The notes: generated by a model from the sequence alone, not told the origin. Counted from the stretch's first letter, positions 38,901 through 54,290 are shown. The stretch is 64,000 nt of DNA from Octopus vulgaris (GCA_951406725.2 OX597818.1:18228001-18292000), one strand, 5' to 3'. A program made the numbers and translations.

Positions 38901-39675
38901 ATACTTCCCAAAGGCATGAAATCTCATGCATTTAAACATAAATAAGCATGTATGCACACATTATTTTCAGTACTCTTAATTTTCGCATTTCCTTCTATCT
39001 TTCTTTCTTTCTTTCTTTCCTCTCCTATTGACGCATTTCTTTTCTTACAATTCTTTGATATTGACCGAGATACAGCTTTCAGCTTTTGATCTATTATACC
39101 TTAAAAAATTTATTTTTCATATCAGCTCTTGAGTTTCATTGTGCTATTAAGTGGAAATAACTTTGTTCTATATAGAATAAGGCACCTTAAAACAGACCTT
39201 GTTCTGTGTATTTTGAGATGAGTAAAAAACAAAAAGATAGTCTAATGATTAATCCTGGGACATGAAACTATCAGTAATCGCGATGGTATATCTATATTTG
39301 TAATATTTTATATGCATACATAGATATGCACAAATAATTCCGCTATTCCTCCCCCATATATATATATATATATAATAAATTAATAAATAAAACATATGCA
39401 TATATACATACATATATGTACGTACCTACCTCTACATGTATATATACACGCATATATAGGTACAGGACACCAAAAAAAAACGTCGAACACAAAGAGAAAC
39501 GAAAACATATACACAAAACCAAGGAACTGGACATTTTTCTTAAACAACGAAAAAATAGAGTACAGGACAAATAACACAAGGAAAATTCCCCTTCTTCAGT
39601 CGCTATGGTTTCATCTACTCTGCGTTTCGAAGGTGAAGGCGATACGCATCTTCGATAGAAACTTTCCTTCCCGCG

Positions 39676-39742
<67 letters not shown>

Positions 39743-39789
39743 TGTATGTATGTATGTATGTATGTATGTATGTTTTGCATGTTTGTATT

Positions 39790-39831
<42 letters not shown>

Positions 39832-40662
39832 AGAGGCGCACGAAACTTCGTTCATTAAAATATATGTACGCACAATCATGTTTAAGATGTTCGTGGACAT
39901 TAGAACGATGGAATATTTTCGTTGCAGAAATTGTCACCGGAAAAAAGATTTTCCGTACAAGCAATCCGTGTCAAAATGTATCACTGCGTTATGATTGATG
40001 CCGTCGAACCGTAGGATGCGTGCATTTCCGTATCGTTACGCTTCATTTGTTAGACACCGAATCCGTCGTTCGTAGTCGACTAAAAAACAACCTTTCTTGT
40101 ATTTAATTAACTAGAGACGCATGCAGCAACGCTTATTGAAATATATGCCTACAATTACATATTTATTTAACATGTTCGTGCAGATTTAAACGTGGAAAGA
40201 CCGCTTTATTTATCTCTAATTCAATACCAAAGTTTGATTTGAAGAGAATTTCGCTGCTATATCTCCTAAACTTTTTAGAAGTGTATTTTCAGCACCGTCA
40301 TAACAAATGTATGATACGATTGTTCTAGTCTTCACTATCCTGTCATTTGTATATCAGGGAATTTATTGTTCGATGTAGTCTTAATCAAGACAGTAGGATG
40401 TGATCTGTTAGAGTTTTAGTTTTTTCTACATGGGGTTCAGCAATCCGGCGTCAGGTCCTTGCTCAGTAAATTTGTCTCACATTGCACATCTCTACCTTTT
40501 CCATTCCTTATCTATCTTCAGTCTGTATCATACAGTCTCAATTTCCTTTCTTTAGAGTAGGCAACTGAAGTGTCAAGCTAGTTAGTCATCAATTACTTTT
40601 GGAGACGATTTGAACACTGACTTATTAAAGGGGGGTCACAAGGTGACAAGCGGATGTTTCAG

Positions 40663-40702
<40 letters not shown>

Positions 40703-41024
40703 AATTAAATTATGGTTGCAGAACAAACAAATATAAGGTCATCCACGTAACATTTCTTATCTCGAACATTTAATCACATAATGCTTTTTCTTTCGCATAG
40801 AATATACATGCATAAAATCACGGAAGATGAAACACAACTCATCAATACAAACATATAAGAAAAATGTGTGAATATAGTTCATCGCGATTAAAAGTAAATG
40901 GTTAATACTTTAGCGACTAAAAAAAAATATATATTTTAACATTACAACATCTAGAATAATAAATACATAAAAATATAAAGAAATATATAAATATATAGAT
41001 ATATAAAAAGATATAAAAATACAT

Positions 41025-41217
41025 CACTTTGATCACTTTGACCGACCAGTCCGTCAGGCGTCCATTTGACACCGCTGGTCACAGCACGCTGTCCACTCCT
41101 CTCTGGATCGCGCCTTTCTCATCCACGTGATCCCAATCGTCCTCTTGAAATCGTCACTCCACCGTCGTGGAGGTTTTCCAGGTGGTCTTTTCCGCTCACG
41201 CGGGTACCACTCGACAA
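41025..41217 (-). mobile_element. RTE LINE 3' end
   Basis: VEWYPRERKRPPGKPPRRWSDD..REEW..* with an (AAAGTGATC)n tail. TSD ataaaaatacat at 41013-41024 and 41218-41229. Confidence 0.9.
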
Positions 41218-42072
41218 ATAAAAATACATATATATAGGAAACATATAAATAAATAATATATAAGGTAAGATAAAAGTTCATCGCTTAGAAGTTTTTTCGA
41301 TTAAAAATTACTTTTCAGGATATGGGAAACCTATTGTTAAAAGCCAGTATATATATGTAGGTTTCAAATTTTGGCGCAAGGCCAGTAGTTTCGGGGGAAG
41401 TGAAAGTCGATATCATCAACCCCAGTACTCAACTGGTACAGTATTCTCGACTCTAAAAACAATAAAAGGTAAAGCCGACTTCGGCGGAATTTGACGGACG
41501 AAATGCCGCCAAACATTTTGCACGGCGTGCTAAAGATTCTTCCAGTTCACCTTGTACGCACACACAAACACACACAGACACAAACAGACAGACAGACACA
41601 CACACACACATACACACACATACACACACATACACACACATACACACACAGATGTATATATACAGATGTTATATGCAACAGAAGCAGTATTAGACTAAAG
41701 TAGCGATCTACCCTAAGGGGGCAGAAATGCATATAGCATTCTTACCATTCGCCAGTAGAAGGACACATGTTTTTAAACACAGCACGTCCGTAAGAGATAT
41801 TATCTTCGGACGATTGCCGCAGTAAATTTATATTTTGCGATGTATTTACATATGCATAGTGACACGTTATTCTCAGTTATAATATAGTTAATCATATATC
41901 GTATAATTTTCTTTGTTTTTCTGCAGAATTGCTTGATAATAATTGATTTTAAATGACATTAATTGGTTGCTATTAAGTATCATATATATATATGTATATA
42001 TGCACTTATTGTTCTTGGTAATTATTTGAGTAGCTGATGTGGTAAAATCTAAGAAGTGAAGATGGTATCTTT

Positions 42073-42119
<47 letters not shown>

Positions 42120-42380
42120 TTCCTCTCGTACAATGTAATTATTTCTACCTTTCTTTTTCTAATTGGTGTACTTTTGTGTGCAAACGTAGAGCATAAGTGC
42201 ATCGACATTAAACAGCTCACATGCTAGAACCAATACAAGAGTAAGTAAACGTCTCTCTTTCTCCCGCTCTGTCTCTCTCTCTCTTTCTCCCATTCTCTCT
42301 CTCGCTCTCTCTCTTTACATATATGTATGCATGTATGTATGTGCGTGTAAATATATGCATATGTGTACGTACACACAGAA

Positions 42381-42420
<40 letters not shown>

Positions 42421-42448
42421 AAACACGCACGTGTATGTATATGCAAAC

Positions 42449-42491
<43 letters not shown>

Positions 42492-42506
42492 CACACACAC
42501 ACACAT

Positions 42507-42576
<70 letters not shown>

Positions 42577-42932
42577 CGCACATTAGATAATCCTAGTGTC
42601 TTATTACGAATAATTAATTAATTATTTAATTAATTTAAACTGGGTTATTTCTGTTTGTTGTTAACATATTAAATTCTTATAAATTAGCAGTTTTCGTACG
42701 TGTTGTGCCCAGTTGAATTTATCAAATAAGATTAATGTTTCGTTAGTATTAATCATTTGTATGTGAAGGCATGTAGTTTAATGGTTTCTGATATTCAGCC
42801 CATAATCATAAGAGTGTCAGTTTAATTCCTGGTACATGAGGGCTGTTGTGTCCTTGAGCAAGGAACTCTATTTCATGTTTTTCCAGTTTACTTAGTACCG
42901 GCTGCGTGTTAGTACAGCGCTTTTTTTCTCAC

Positions 42933-42981
42933 CCTGCTAGTTGTTACTTGCTGAATGTTCTGCTGGGTCGAGGGTGAAGAT
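42933..42981 (-). other. Candidate 49-nt exon (open frame SSPSTQQNIQQVTTSR)
   Basis: CATTTTCAG acceptor and AGG|GTGAGA donor in unique sequence. Confidence 0.4.
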
Positions 42982-44495
42982 CTGAAAATGTTTATATCTT
43001 CTCAGGATAGCAAAGTTATTTAAACAATTACGCTCATAGACGGTTACTAAGAGGTCTCCTTCGCTAGCTCGCAATATTCCAATAGCTAACGAATGTGGAT
43101 ACAACCGACAGTGATTAAGACTAATGAACTTATTGATATTGGTACTGCTGAAATTTCTGCGTGTTTGATTTATGTTTAATGTCTATCCGGAAGGCGCTGT
43201 TGTTTGGCATAAACAAGTCAAAGAAAAGAAATCCACAGAAAATGTCACTGAAAGAATGCAACTGAAAAAGAATGCAACGTATCTCCTCCTATGGTCTAAC
43301 AATTCCGCCAATGGAACACTGTAGATTAGAACACCATTTTATTAAACTGGACAAGATGAAGGGTAAATTTGCTCATATCGGTGAGGTTTGAATTTAGAGC
43401 GCAAATTCCAGAACAAAATTGCAAATCATTTTGCCGTATGTTCTAACAATTCTGTCAATTTACTGTCTTTGGAAGTTGTTGTTGTTCTCTAGTGAAAGGA
43501 CAAGCTTGATTGTATAAGCCGAAGGTAAGCAGATAATTGGTCGAAAAAGTGAGGGCAGGCTACAGATCTCTTGTAATGAGAACACAAAGTTTCCTATTAA
43601 TATAAGAGGCCAGATATGCAGTGACCATCCAGTAAGGCGGACCATACAATAAAGGTTTCATCAGAGGATTTTCTTCTATTCCACTGTTCAGTTTCTGTCA
43701 TTTAGGTTCAGATCAGCTAGAATTAAAAGCAAACTTTTGAATAAAGGTTTCCTAGCCATGGAAAGCCTATCTTCCATACCAAAACTGTGTAACTCATACC
43801 GCATTATACAATGTGTCGTTTTATTAAGACAGTACGGTGTGACACTGAGGAAGATTTAGTTGCTTTTCTAGCAGGTTGAACGACCGCTCAGAGGCTCCTT
43901 TCTTGACGTAAAATAGTTACTGTTATTTAATCCAAGTTCAAAACTGATTGAGTAGGTCTACGATCAAAAGCGTTCTACTCACGGCCATCCCGTCTATTTA
44001 GGAGCAACAAGACTACTATCTAATGATCTATGTTCTATAACAAAGTAGGATGTGATATAAGGGAAATTTAGTTACTACTTGTCACAGGTCTCCTTCATTA
44101 GCTCGTAATATTCCAGTAAGTAACGGAGGTGGATACAACAGACAGCGCTTGAAATTAATCAACTTATTGATACTACAGCTATTTCTGTGTACTTGACTTG
44201 TATGTTATGTTTATATGGAAGTTGCTGGTGTAGTTGTTTGAAATAAACAAGTCACAGAAAAGAAATCCATAGACAAAAAAATCACTGAAGAAAGTTACAG
44301 GAAAACTTCATAAAATTGACTTATTTAAAGTTTCTTTTTCGTTTTGTTGTTTTCTTTAAATTATTGAATAAAACATAAATTATTTTTTTCACATACGTAT
44401 AATGTTATTTGTGGAAAATAAAACGTGTTGTCATTGTTTACGAGCCATGTATTGTCAGTCAATAAGCAACGCAAATATCTTATTTGCTTGCATTG

Positions 44496-44569
<74 letters not shown>

Positions 44570-45138
44570 GTTTTTGTTGCTGTTGTTGTTTTTGTTGCTG
44601 TTGTTGTTTTTGTTGCTGTTGTTGTTTTTGTAGTCGTTTTGTTGTTCTTGCGTTTGCATGAGAAAAATGTCGTTTTGGAGATAATATATATTTACTGAAT
44701 TTTGTTTTGAATAAAATAATATTAGTTTTTGTTGTGTGATTTTGTTATTAGGTCAAACGGCTTCGTCTCAGGCTAGTTAGCTTTGTGAAATTTTTGTGAA
44801 TTTGAAGACCTTTTGTTAGTGGGTAAGAAAGATTGCTTCCAAACCACATGCTTTCAGGTTCAAACACACCGCATGGCACCTTGGGCAGGTGCCTTCTATT
44901 ATAGTCTCGGTCCGATCAAAGCCTTGTGAGTGGATTTGGTAGGCGGAAACTGAACTGAAAGAAGCCCGTTGTATATATATATATTTAAGTAGTTGAATGA
45001 ATTATCCTAGTATGGATAATTCGGTTAACCGATACCCGGGTAGCAAATTTACGTCAGAAAGCACGGTTGAAGCTACATGCCAAGGGCAGAAAGGAATTTT
45101 GTTAAATCGCCGTTCGACTCCATTCTTTCATTTATCTA

Positions 45139-45233
<95 letters not shown>

Positions 45234-45685
45234 TTGTGTGTGTGTGTGTGTGTGTGTGTGTATTGGTTTCAAAGATTTGGCACAAGTCAAGCAGTTTCAC
45301 GGCAGCGGGTAAGTCTTTTACATCGACCCTAGTGTTCAAATAATACTTACTTTATCGGCTCTGAAGGGATGAAAGGCAATATTGACCACGGCGGTATTTG
45401 AACTAAGAATGTAAAGTGGGAAGAAATGCCGCCGAGCAATTTTGCCGGCGCGGTAACGACTCTGTCAGCTTGCCTTGTACACATCTTATCAACTCAGAAA
45501 GGGATGAAAGACAAAGTCGACCTCGGTGGAATTTGAACTCAGAACGAAATGACGGACGAAATGCCTTTAAGTATTTTACCCGGCCGGTTAACGATTCGGC
45601 CACCTAATAATTACAGTCACATTATTAATAGATATTATCTATTACTGATAATGCTTATCCTTTTGATCTCCCTTTCAGCACTTTG

Positions 45686-45749
<64 letters not shown>

Positions 45750-46967
45750 CGAATACCAGTTTTGAAGATAACATATTCATCCTTCTAAATTAAGTTTAAA
45801 TAAAAGTAATTGCTCATTTGAATATTTGGCATAAATATACGTCAATACAATACATAAAAATCAATTAGTAAAATCCTGTTTAAAACTATGAATTAGAATA
45901 TAGGTAAAAATTAGATGTAACGAGGCGAAAGAGGCACTTTAGGGACACATAATGATTGATAAGGTAACAGATTGTGATGAAGAAACGTTTGATAAATTAG
46001 TCGATTAACCGATTGATCAACTGATTTATTATTTAATTGACTGGTAATAAAACTGAAGTGAAACACAGCAAGTGCGTGCATTTTATTAACTGTATGGCCC
46101 TCCCAAAATGCAACAGTATCAGTTTCAACACATGATGTTATATTTATGATCTTGCAAAACAAATATAAAACAGAGAAGAGAAATTTATTTTTAAAAAATC
46201 ACAAAATTATCTCTTGAACTCTATTTTCACTATAAGTTAAATACTCTGTAATTCACTGTAAGTTAAATACTTCATTCACTTTAACCAGTGGTTCTGAAAC
46301 TGACAAATATCAGCCCTATCACCAACTAAAATTAGTGAAATTTTTTTTGCTCGTCTCTTTATTAACCAGACGACAAAACTATATGAGTCATATAATTCAT
46401 TGTTTTCTTCGTCATGTTGTTGATCGGGTTTAAAAATTTAACAACCATCCTAGTTTTATTAAAGAAAGCATTTTGTTCGATTCCTCTTCAAACGTTGAAA
46501 GCCTATCCCTATGAGAAACCCCGATACAAACAACAAAATTTCTATTTCAGTAGAAGTTAAAAAATGTCCATATTTTCACAGCCACTCCTTCTATAATTAG
46601 TCATTTTTAACTACTTTTCATTTGATGTAGTTATATGAAAATTTAATTCGCAAATTTAAACTTATAGATCACATATTCTTTCAGTTAATGTGGAATTATC
46701 AATTTCGGTGTAACAACGAACAAATACAAAGGCATTATGGTTAAGACTACACAAATGTTATTTCCTGGAACTTGTAACATTTTTTTGCCTTAGAAGTGTT
46801 TTATATTCATATTTTCGGTAACAAATTTAAAGTGAATATTTGCATAATAAACTTTTTATGTTGGGATTTTACTTCAAAAGTCTATTTTCAGTGCTTTTGT
46901 TAACAATACAAAATTCAGTATTTCCATCATAAAAGCCTATGCATATATTTTACCTCAGAAGTTATTT

Positions 46968-48140
46968 ACAAAGTGCTCTCCAGAATTTTTGAGACATTTT
47001 CAGGAAAGACATCTATTCCACTCAAAGAAGTACAAAATTCTAATTTCCATCAAAGTTGGGCACCCCTGGCTTCAGTGCACTTGGTGTAGAACTCCAGCCA
47101 CTTCGTGAAGACCCCCATGGAAGTCTTCTGAAGTGAAGGTGTCCAGGACCCTTGTCACAGCCTCCTTCATCTTCTCAATGTCATCAAAACTACTGCCCCT
47201 TAAGTTCTTTTTCAACCTGGGGAACAACCAAGAGTCAAAGGGGGAAAGATCTGGACTGTAGGGAGGGTGAGGGAGTTTTGGAGCCCTTCTAAGTCAAGTA
47301 GTTGGTTACCAGGATCGAGCTGTGGTCTGGTGCATTGTATTGGTGCATGTGCCAACAAGCCGAATGGAAGAGCTCTGGCCTTTTTCGACGAAATCTCTTC
47401 CTGAACTCAATCAAAATCTTCACAAAGTGCCGTTTCTAAACTATTTGGTCAGAGGAAACCCAGTGAATCTAGATGATATCCTTACTTATTTCTTTACTGC
47501 CCACAAGGGGCTACACACAGAGAAGACAAACAAGGACAGACAAACGGATTAAGTCGATTATATCGACCCCAGTGCGTAACTGGTACTTATTTAATCGACC
47601 CCGAAAGGATGAAAGGCAAAGTCGACCTCGGCGGAATTTGAACTCAGAACGTAGCGGCAGACGAAATACCTATTTCTTTACTACACACAAGGGGCTAAAC
47701 ACATAGAGGACAAACAAGGACAGACAAACGGATTAAGTCGATTATATCGACCCTAGTGCGTAACTAGTACTTAATTTATTGACCCCGAAAGGATGAAAGG
47801 CAAAGTCGACCTCGGCGGAATTTGAACTCAGAACGTAACGGTAGACGAAATACGGCTACGCATTTCGCCCGGCGTGCTAACGTTTCTGCCAGCTCGCCGC
47901 CTTCCGTAGTGATACACTTACTGTCTAGAAAGGGGATCACCACGACCTTCCCAGCGGATTGCCTTGTCGGACAACTCGTGTCAGCGAAAAACATGCTCAG
48001 CTCATACAAGTTAATTCATCGGTAGTCTGGAGTATTTCATAATTTTCTGTAGCGTCTTTGCCCAGTCTAACACGAAATTTAATTGGGTAGCGAGCTTTCA
48101 AATTGTCTTCACATCACGACTACATTCTGCAAACAAATCA
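46968..48140 (-). mobile_element. mariner-type element, internally deleted, with a SINE inserted
   Basis: C-terminal PHPPYSPDLSPFDSWLFPRLKKNLRG..FDDIE and N-terminal RYPIKFRVRLGKDATE. Confidence 0.85.
47483..47901 (-). mobile_element. SINE family A, head plus tandem second unit
   Basis: Same junction as at 25480. Other family A copies lie at 41360-41550, 45263-45600, 53084-53290(+) and 61240-61372. Confidence 0.9.
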
Positions 48141-50399
48141 GGTGTGACAAGCTGTGTTCTGCAGAGTGTGTTCAAAGTGCTATTACAGCCGTCTCCTTCA
48201 ATGTGGAATAACAAAAGTTGGTAGATCAGCTTATTAAGAGCATGGTAAATACTAAAATTACAACAATTTAGGGCAGTTGCAACTGCCTCTCTTAAAGATG
48301 TTCCTTAGCTCCTAGAATGTATCTCGCATGACTACATTTGTTTCTATAAAAACAGGATCGTCCGGTAAAAAATACTCAAATCTGTTATTTTAGTGTTGTT
48401 GACTTTTGGTCCTACCTAGAGCTACATTTAGCTGTTTATGACGAAACAGGCCCCAGCTGCATTTACCCTGTTGAAAGACTGGCCCTTAAAAAGGTTGGTA
48501 TTGAAGACAAATGCTTTTGATAAAGACGAAAACGTGGATCATATTGCTAGGTGCCACATCAACTGCTAATTATTATTTATTTATTAATTTTTCTTTGCCA
48601 GCAGTTATTCTGAGTTGAAGAATTTTCACATATTTTCATATTGGAGAATGATTGATGCATGGTTCTGTTATATTAGCAATGATGCCTTTTCGGTTAACCT
48701 TAGCAGTCTAGCGGAAGTCAACTCCAAGTAACAATAACTTCACAAAAAACGACAAAAAGGATGACGCTTAACCTCAATTATATGTTGTGCATTAACTGAT
48801 AAAGCAAAGACTTGGACTTCATCAATCATGATATGAAATGCCCCATAAATTTGCTGTGATTTGTAAGACTGTATCCTTTTTAATCAAGATGGGTGTTTCT
48901 CGTTCAGAATTTGGAAGTTAACGTCATTGTGTACAGTTAGTCCTTCCTTAATCAAATCAGCATCTACTCCAGTTGTTACAATTGGATGAACTATCTGACC
49001 CCTTTCTACATATGAATATTTCAGTGTGTTGTGAATATAGATTTTTAGGGTTTTATAGTATAAAATAACAGACCTTTGATTTACCAATTATTTGATTTTA
49101 AGGACACTATTTTATATGAGGATGAGTCAGAAAGTAAAGGAAATAAAAAAATGCATTATTTAATGAGTTTCGTAATTAATATTATATTAAATATTAAATA
49201 AAATACCCTGGCTACCTAATCTAATCCCTGTTGTCCGAGGAGATTATTCTATATTTTCGGTCATTTCAGATTAGAAGTCATAGTAATGAATAAGTCAAGA
49301 TTTACATATTTTTCCACTATATCCATATACTTATGCTACAACTCCCTCATGTTGCATTTAGAACCTTGGAAAGATGACAGTAGAATTACTGTCCGTACTC
49401 CTTGTACACCGGCATAGTTATCTAGATTAACTAAATGGCCACATAATCCTTTATACTACATAACTTTAAGCTTTTATTGACGTGACCGTTTTGTAGATAA
49501 TTTAAGATATTTGCTTTAATTTGGAAGTACGAATCCACAGCCTATTGAAAGAAAATTTTTCCCATCATGCAAAGCTAAATTGAAATATTATCTGATTGCC
49601 GTCTGTGCTAATATACATTGCTTGTATTTTAACATGATAATTTTATTACTTTAAAGGTGTTGATTTCGTATTTATCTGAATATACGACTACCACTAGGAT
49701 CTCCAAATGGATAACATAACATATATGTTATTGTGTCAAGTTACATCACAATTATCACCATAAGAAATACACGAGAGTGTCTTTAGAATGGTAGTTCTCT
49801 ATCTTTATTCGTAAATATCATGGCTACTTCAAGTGTTGCTAAGTTATATAGTTCTCTATCTGAATTTCTATCTCTCCTAAATTTACAATAGGAAAGTGCT
49901 TATTTTCTGTCATAGCTTTCTCTTCTTCCTTACACTTGACTTCTTTTAATATTTTACACACTTTTGTCCATATATCATTTTCTCTTGTGAAATAGTCAGG
50001 ATTTTGAATCAAACAAATTTCAACCAAACAACCTTGATTATATATTTTATATATTTTAGTGTTATTTGCTTTTCACATGTTTATTACTCAGAGTTGTCGC
50101 TGTTCACTATCATTTAGGCGCACGATAGACGCACGATGATAGATTTGACTGTACGTTCTGAAACAATAAGGACCAAGTCCAGCTGACTTATACTATTTAA
50201 TGCTATTTCCGAAGTTTTTATAGTATCTTTACTCCGGGTTGCTCATTAACTACCGCATATTTGCAGTGGAATCCCGCTGATGCCGTAATAAGACGCGAAC
50301 CCTTTTAAAGAGCATGTTGTTATTTAATTTTTCATCAGTTGGATATTCTCTTAAACCGTTTAATGAAACACAAAACAAATAATCAATTCCAATTCATCT

Positions 50400-51600
50400 C
50401 TGATTATATTGCTGTGTTCACTTCCTTTAAGTGATCACTGTTTACTTTATATTGCCTTATTCTCTGCAGGTGGCAGTCCTCTGGCTCACAGCTTCTCCAT
50501 TTTTCTTTTTCTTCTTTTCTTTTGTCATTTGAGAACGTCTGAATGCAGATGCTTAGATCTTTTATTCCCTCCTATGTTGAAGCAGTTCCTGTAATTAATT
50601 TTTCAGTGTTGTGCGGTATTAACAGATATCATTCATTTTGTCACGGTTATAAGTTTGAGTCTTGGTTCACCGCAAGACATATGCATCTTGATCTTAATTG
50701 TCTCATAATATGAACATTATTTTGTCCTCACATATTGTTCAGTTTCATTATCTCTTGTGTTTGTAATACCCTCCCTTTATATCTTCTCTTTTCTTTGAGT
50801 TCGTGTTGAGATTAGTTTTTCTTTTCCTGCAATTCTTTTTCTGTTTGTTCTCCTTTCTATTTCTTCTGGTGACAAATTTCCTGTTGTTTTTTACTGATCT
50901 TTCTCTTACTAATCATACGACAGTTTAAAAAATTTCTTCATGTAATTAATTATCTCTTCTGCTTATGCAGAGGTATATGGGGAATATTGTGAAGGTGTGA
51001 CTGCGATGCACTCTGCATATAAAGTGTGTATCTGTTGCGAATGCAGAAGAGGTTATGTGGTTATAACTTTAAAAAGGGGTGATGAAAATGCTGATCCTTG
51101 TGATACACCATTCTTAAACTCACTGATTCTATATTTATTGTTATTGCTCACTGTATAAACTTAGCGACATGAGAAGTAGTTCATTAAATAGAATTTTCCA
51201 TCGTTTCATTTGAATGGCTTGTGTATTATTTTTACAAGTGAATAACAAACAATGATGTCAAATATTTTTTTTTACTGTCAATGATAGTTAGGTAGGTGCG
51301 TGCAAAGCAGTTATTGTATTTTCGAAGCCTTCATGTATTCTGCGAATAAAATTTGTTAGTTATGTAACAAATTATAAAGAGTGTAGTAGCCTGAATCATT
51401 GTAAAGATGAGGGATGAATATGAGAATTGACGTTGTCAAAGGTTAGTATTTCTAGGTTTTTAAGTATGTACATAGGAAGGTTGTGGTCCTGTGTAATGAT
51501 GCTCTATTTCAGACTTTGCTGGCTCTTGGAATTACAATTTAATCAGCTTTCAAATTCTGAGAGATTTAACAGTGTTGGCATTGGTTGCCCCAAAGTTAAA
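50400..51600 (-). mobile_element. Decayed non-LTR RT remnant
   Basis: NGVSQGSAFSSPLF and LYAE motifs on the minus strand. Many stops. Confidence 0.6.
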
Positions 51601-52644
51601 CCTGACTGAGGAAACCTTTTATCAAATTCATTCCATCCATGATCATCCCGTTATTTTGAAGTATTTCGAACTGTATTACTCAATACGTGTTTTTCTTTCT
51701 AAAAACAGTAGGGTGTAATTTGAAGGTTATTTGTCTCCTATTTCTGACAGGTCGCGCGACGATGTAGAAGTTTACGCGTGAATATAAATATAGAAGGTAT
51801 TGGTGAATGTAATGATCCCTCTACACTCTAAGTATTCCTAGAGACTGCTTGTGAATTTTAAGAGCTTTGTTGGCTTTGAGCCTTGAGTTTTCGATGTGGA
51901 TTCTTGGGGTATCTAATGAAAGGAATATGTCAAAGTCCTGATCTAGATCAATGGCTCTCCATTTTGCGATACGTGTTGCACTGGAAACCAAGTGAAAAAG
52001 TTCTTTCGCACTTGTCAGATGAAAGTTAAAAACAACTTACGTTTAAAAGTTAAAAATTTATAAAAAATACAGAAAACCATTTCTCACCTTTTTTTTATTA
52101 ACGATATTCAAGTATAACAAAGACCTGAATAACATGTTTCTGTAGACAGTCAAGTAATAGTATGGATTTTCTAAAATCTAAAATTATATCACTTGAGGCG
52201 TACTAGTGTGTTGTTGTACTGTTTGAGAACTCGTGCACCAAGTTAGGAGTGTGTATCTTAAGTTATGTACTTCTGTCTTTGTGCAGCTTATGAAGATTGA
52301 TTTTGAATTGATAGTATGCTACTTAAAGATGTTAATGTGGCATATGATGTGGTTTAATTACTGCTGAAGCTGTTAATTAGTTGTATAGATTTTGTGGTTT
52401 ATATTGGAATACAACTGTTGACCAGTTTTCTCCTTCCTTTGGTTTGTTCCTTTCATTGTTTCATTGTCAAAATAATCATTATTAATGATAGAAATCATTC
52501 ATTAGTTGTCTGATTTTGTGTTTTATTTCTCTTGTATGTAGCGTTGGTGTATTGTCTTTGATGGTATCTCTGTTGTTTTTTAACACCTCATTGGTTAGTT
52601 TGTTGTCTTATTTAGATTTCTCTCTACTTCCCCCACTGTGTATG

Positions 52645-52855
<211 letters not shown>

Positions 52856-52871
52856 TTACATATATATATAT

Positions 52872-52906
<35 letters not shown>

Positions 52907-52956
52907 GCATACATATATGAATACATGCATACACATGCGCACCAAAACACACACAT

Positions 52957-52995
<39 letters not shown>

Positions 52996-53521
52996 AACTA
53001 ACATAATTTACATTCACACCAAAATACATACACGAATTCTAAAAAAGAGGACGAAAGATCCTTCCCGATCCATAGGCTCATAAGGCGGTGAGCTGGCAGA
53101 ATCGTTAGCACGCCGAGCATGATGCCTAGCAGCGTTTAGTCGGTCTTTACGTTCTGAGTTCAAATGCTGCTGGGGTCGATTTTGTTTTTAATCCTTTCGG
53201 GGACGATAAAATAGCACAAGTTGAGCACTGAGGTCGATGTAATTGATTTCTCCCATTCCTTGAAACTCCTGACCTTGCGTCGAAATTTGAAGCCACTTCT
53301 TTTATCGTGACGATGGTGGTGTTTTTGAATTCTGTTGCCACAGTTCTTGATGGAGATGGGTTTGCGTAGGTTGATTTAAAAACGGAAAAAAAATTGAAAG
53401 TGTTGTACTCATTCACGTGTGAGTGTGCTGTGATGTGATAATGGGTAACTGATTGGAGATATTTTGGAGAATTGATATTGTGACTATGGTGGCTTATAAT
53501 AAATATTCGACCAGTATTTAC

Positions 53522-53832
53522 CTCACACACAAGACACTCCGCACCGGTGCTGATAGCTCATGGAACAGAACACACAGTCCCAAATATCTATACTTTTACC
53601 AACGTTATGTTTACTGTTGTGTTTTGTCTTAGCCATGGAAACACAACGCATGTAGACGATGGCGGCACAAGTCACTCCTCCCCGACAGCTTATGGAACAG
53701 TAACTGTCTAGGCCATAGAATCACAACGTATGTAGACGATAGCAGTATAAGAATCACTGACTTTCCTTGGCTGGTTGTCCGATACTTAAATGTCTTGGCG
53801 GCAGTGTTGTTTGGTAGTTGGGTAGGCCATTT
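53522..53832 (-). other. Candidate non-coding (UTR or lncRNA) exon
   Basis: TTTTCGTTTTCTCTTCTTCAG acceptor and GAG|GTAAAT donor. Stops in all three frames. Confidence 0.4.
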
Positions 53833-53879
53833 CTGAAGAAGAGAAAACGAAAATAAATGAATAATTAAATAAAATGTGA

Positions 53880-54290
53880 TGTAGGAGTGGCTGTGTGGTA
53901 AGTAGCCTGCTTAACAACCACATGGTTCCGGGTTCAGTCCCACTGCGTGGCATCTTGGGCAAGTGTCTTCTGCTATAGCCCCGGGCAGACCAATGCCTTG
54001 AGTGGATTTGGTAGACGGAAACTGAAAGAAGCCTGTCGTATATATGTATATATATATATATATGTGTGTGTGTATATGTTTGTGTGTCTGTGTTTGTCCC
54101 CCTAGCATTGCTTGACAACCGATGCTGGTGTGTTTACGTCCCCATCACTTAGCGGTTCGGCAAAAGAGACCGATAGAATAAGTACTGGGCTTACAAAGAA
54201 TAAGTCCCGGGGTCGATTTGCTCGACTAGAGGCGGTGCTCCAGCATGGCCGCAGTCAAATGACTGAAACAAGTAAAAGAGTAGAAAGAGT
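53880..54290 (+). mobile_element. SINE family B, full length
   Basis: Matches 33418-33785. Confidence 0.92.

Noticed and set aside
39240-39665. Degenerate hammerhead-like boxes (39242, 39590-39660; also 2700, 11880, 12327, 17300, 59740)
   Set aside because: Core nucleotides or helix I are broken, so they cannot be told from chance or decayed Penelope ends by eye.
48884-50027. Short ORFs 48884-49087 and 49839-50027 as host exons
   Set aside because: No convincing splice sites or recognisable domain. Probably decayed retroelement sequence.
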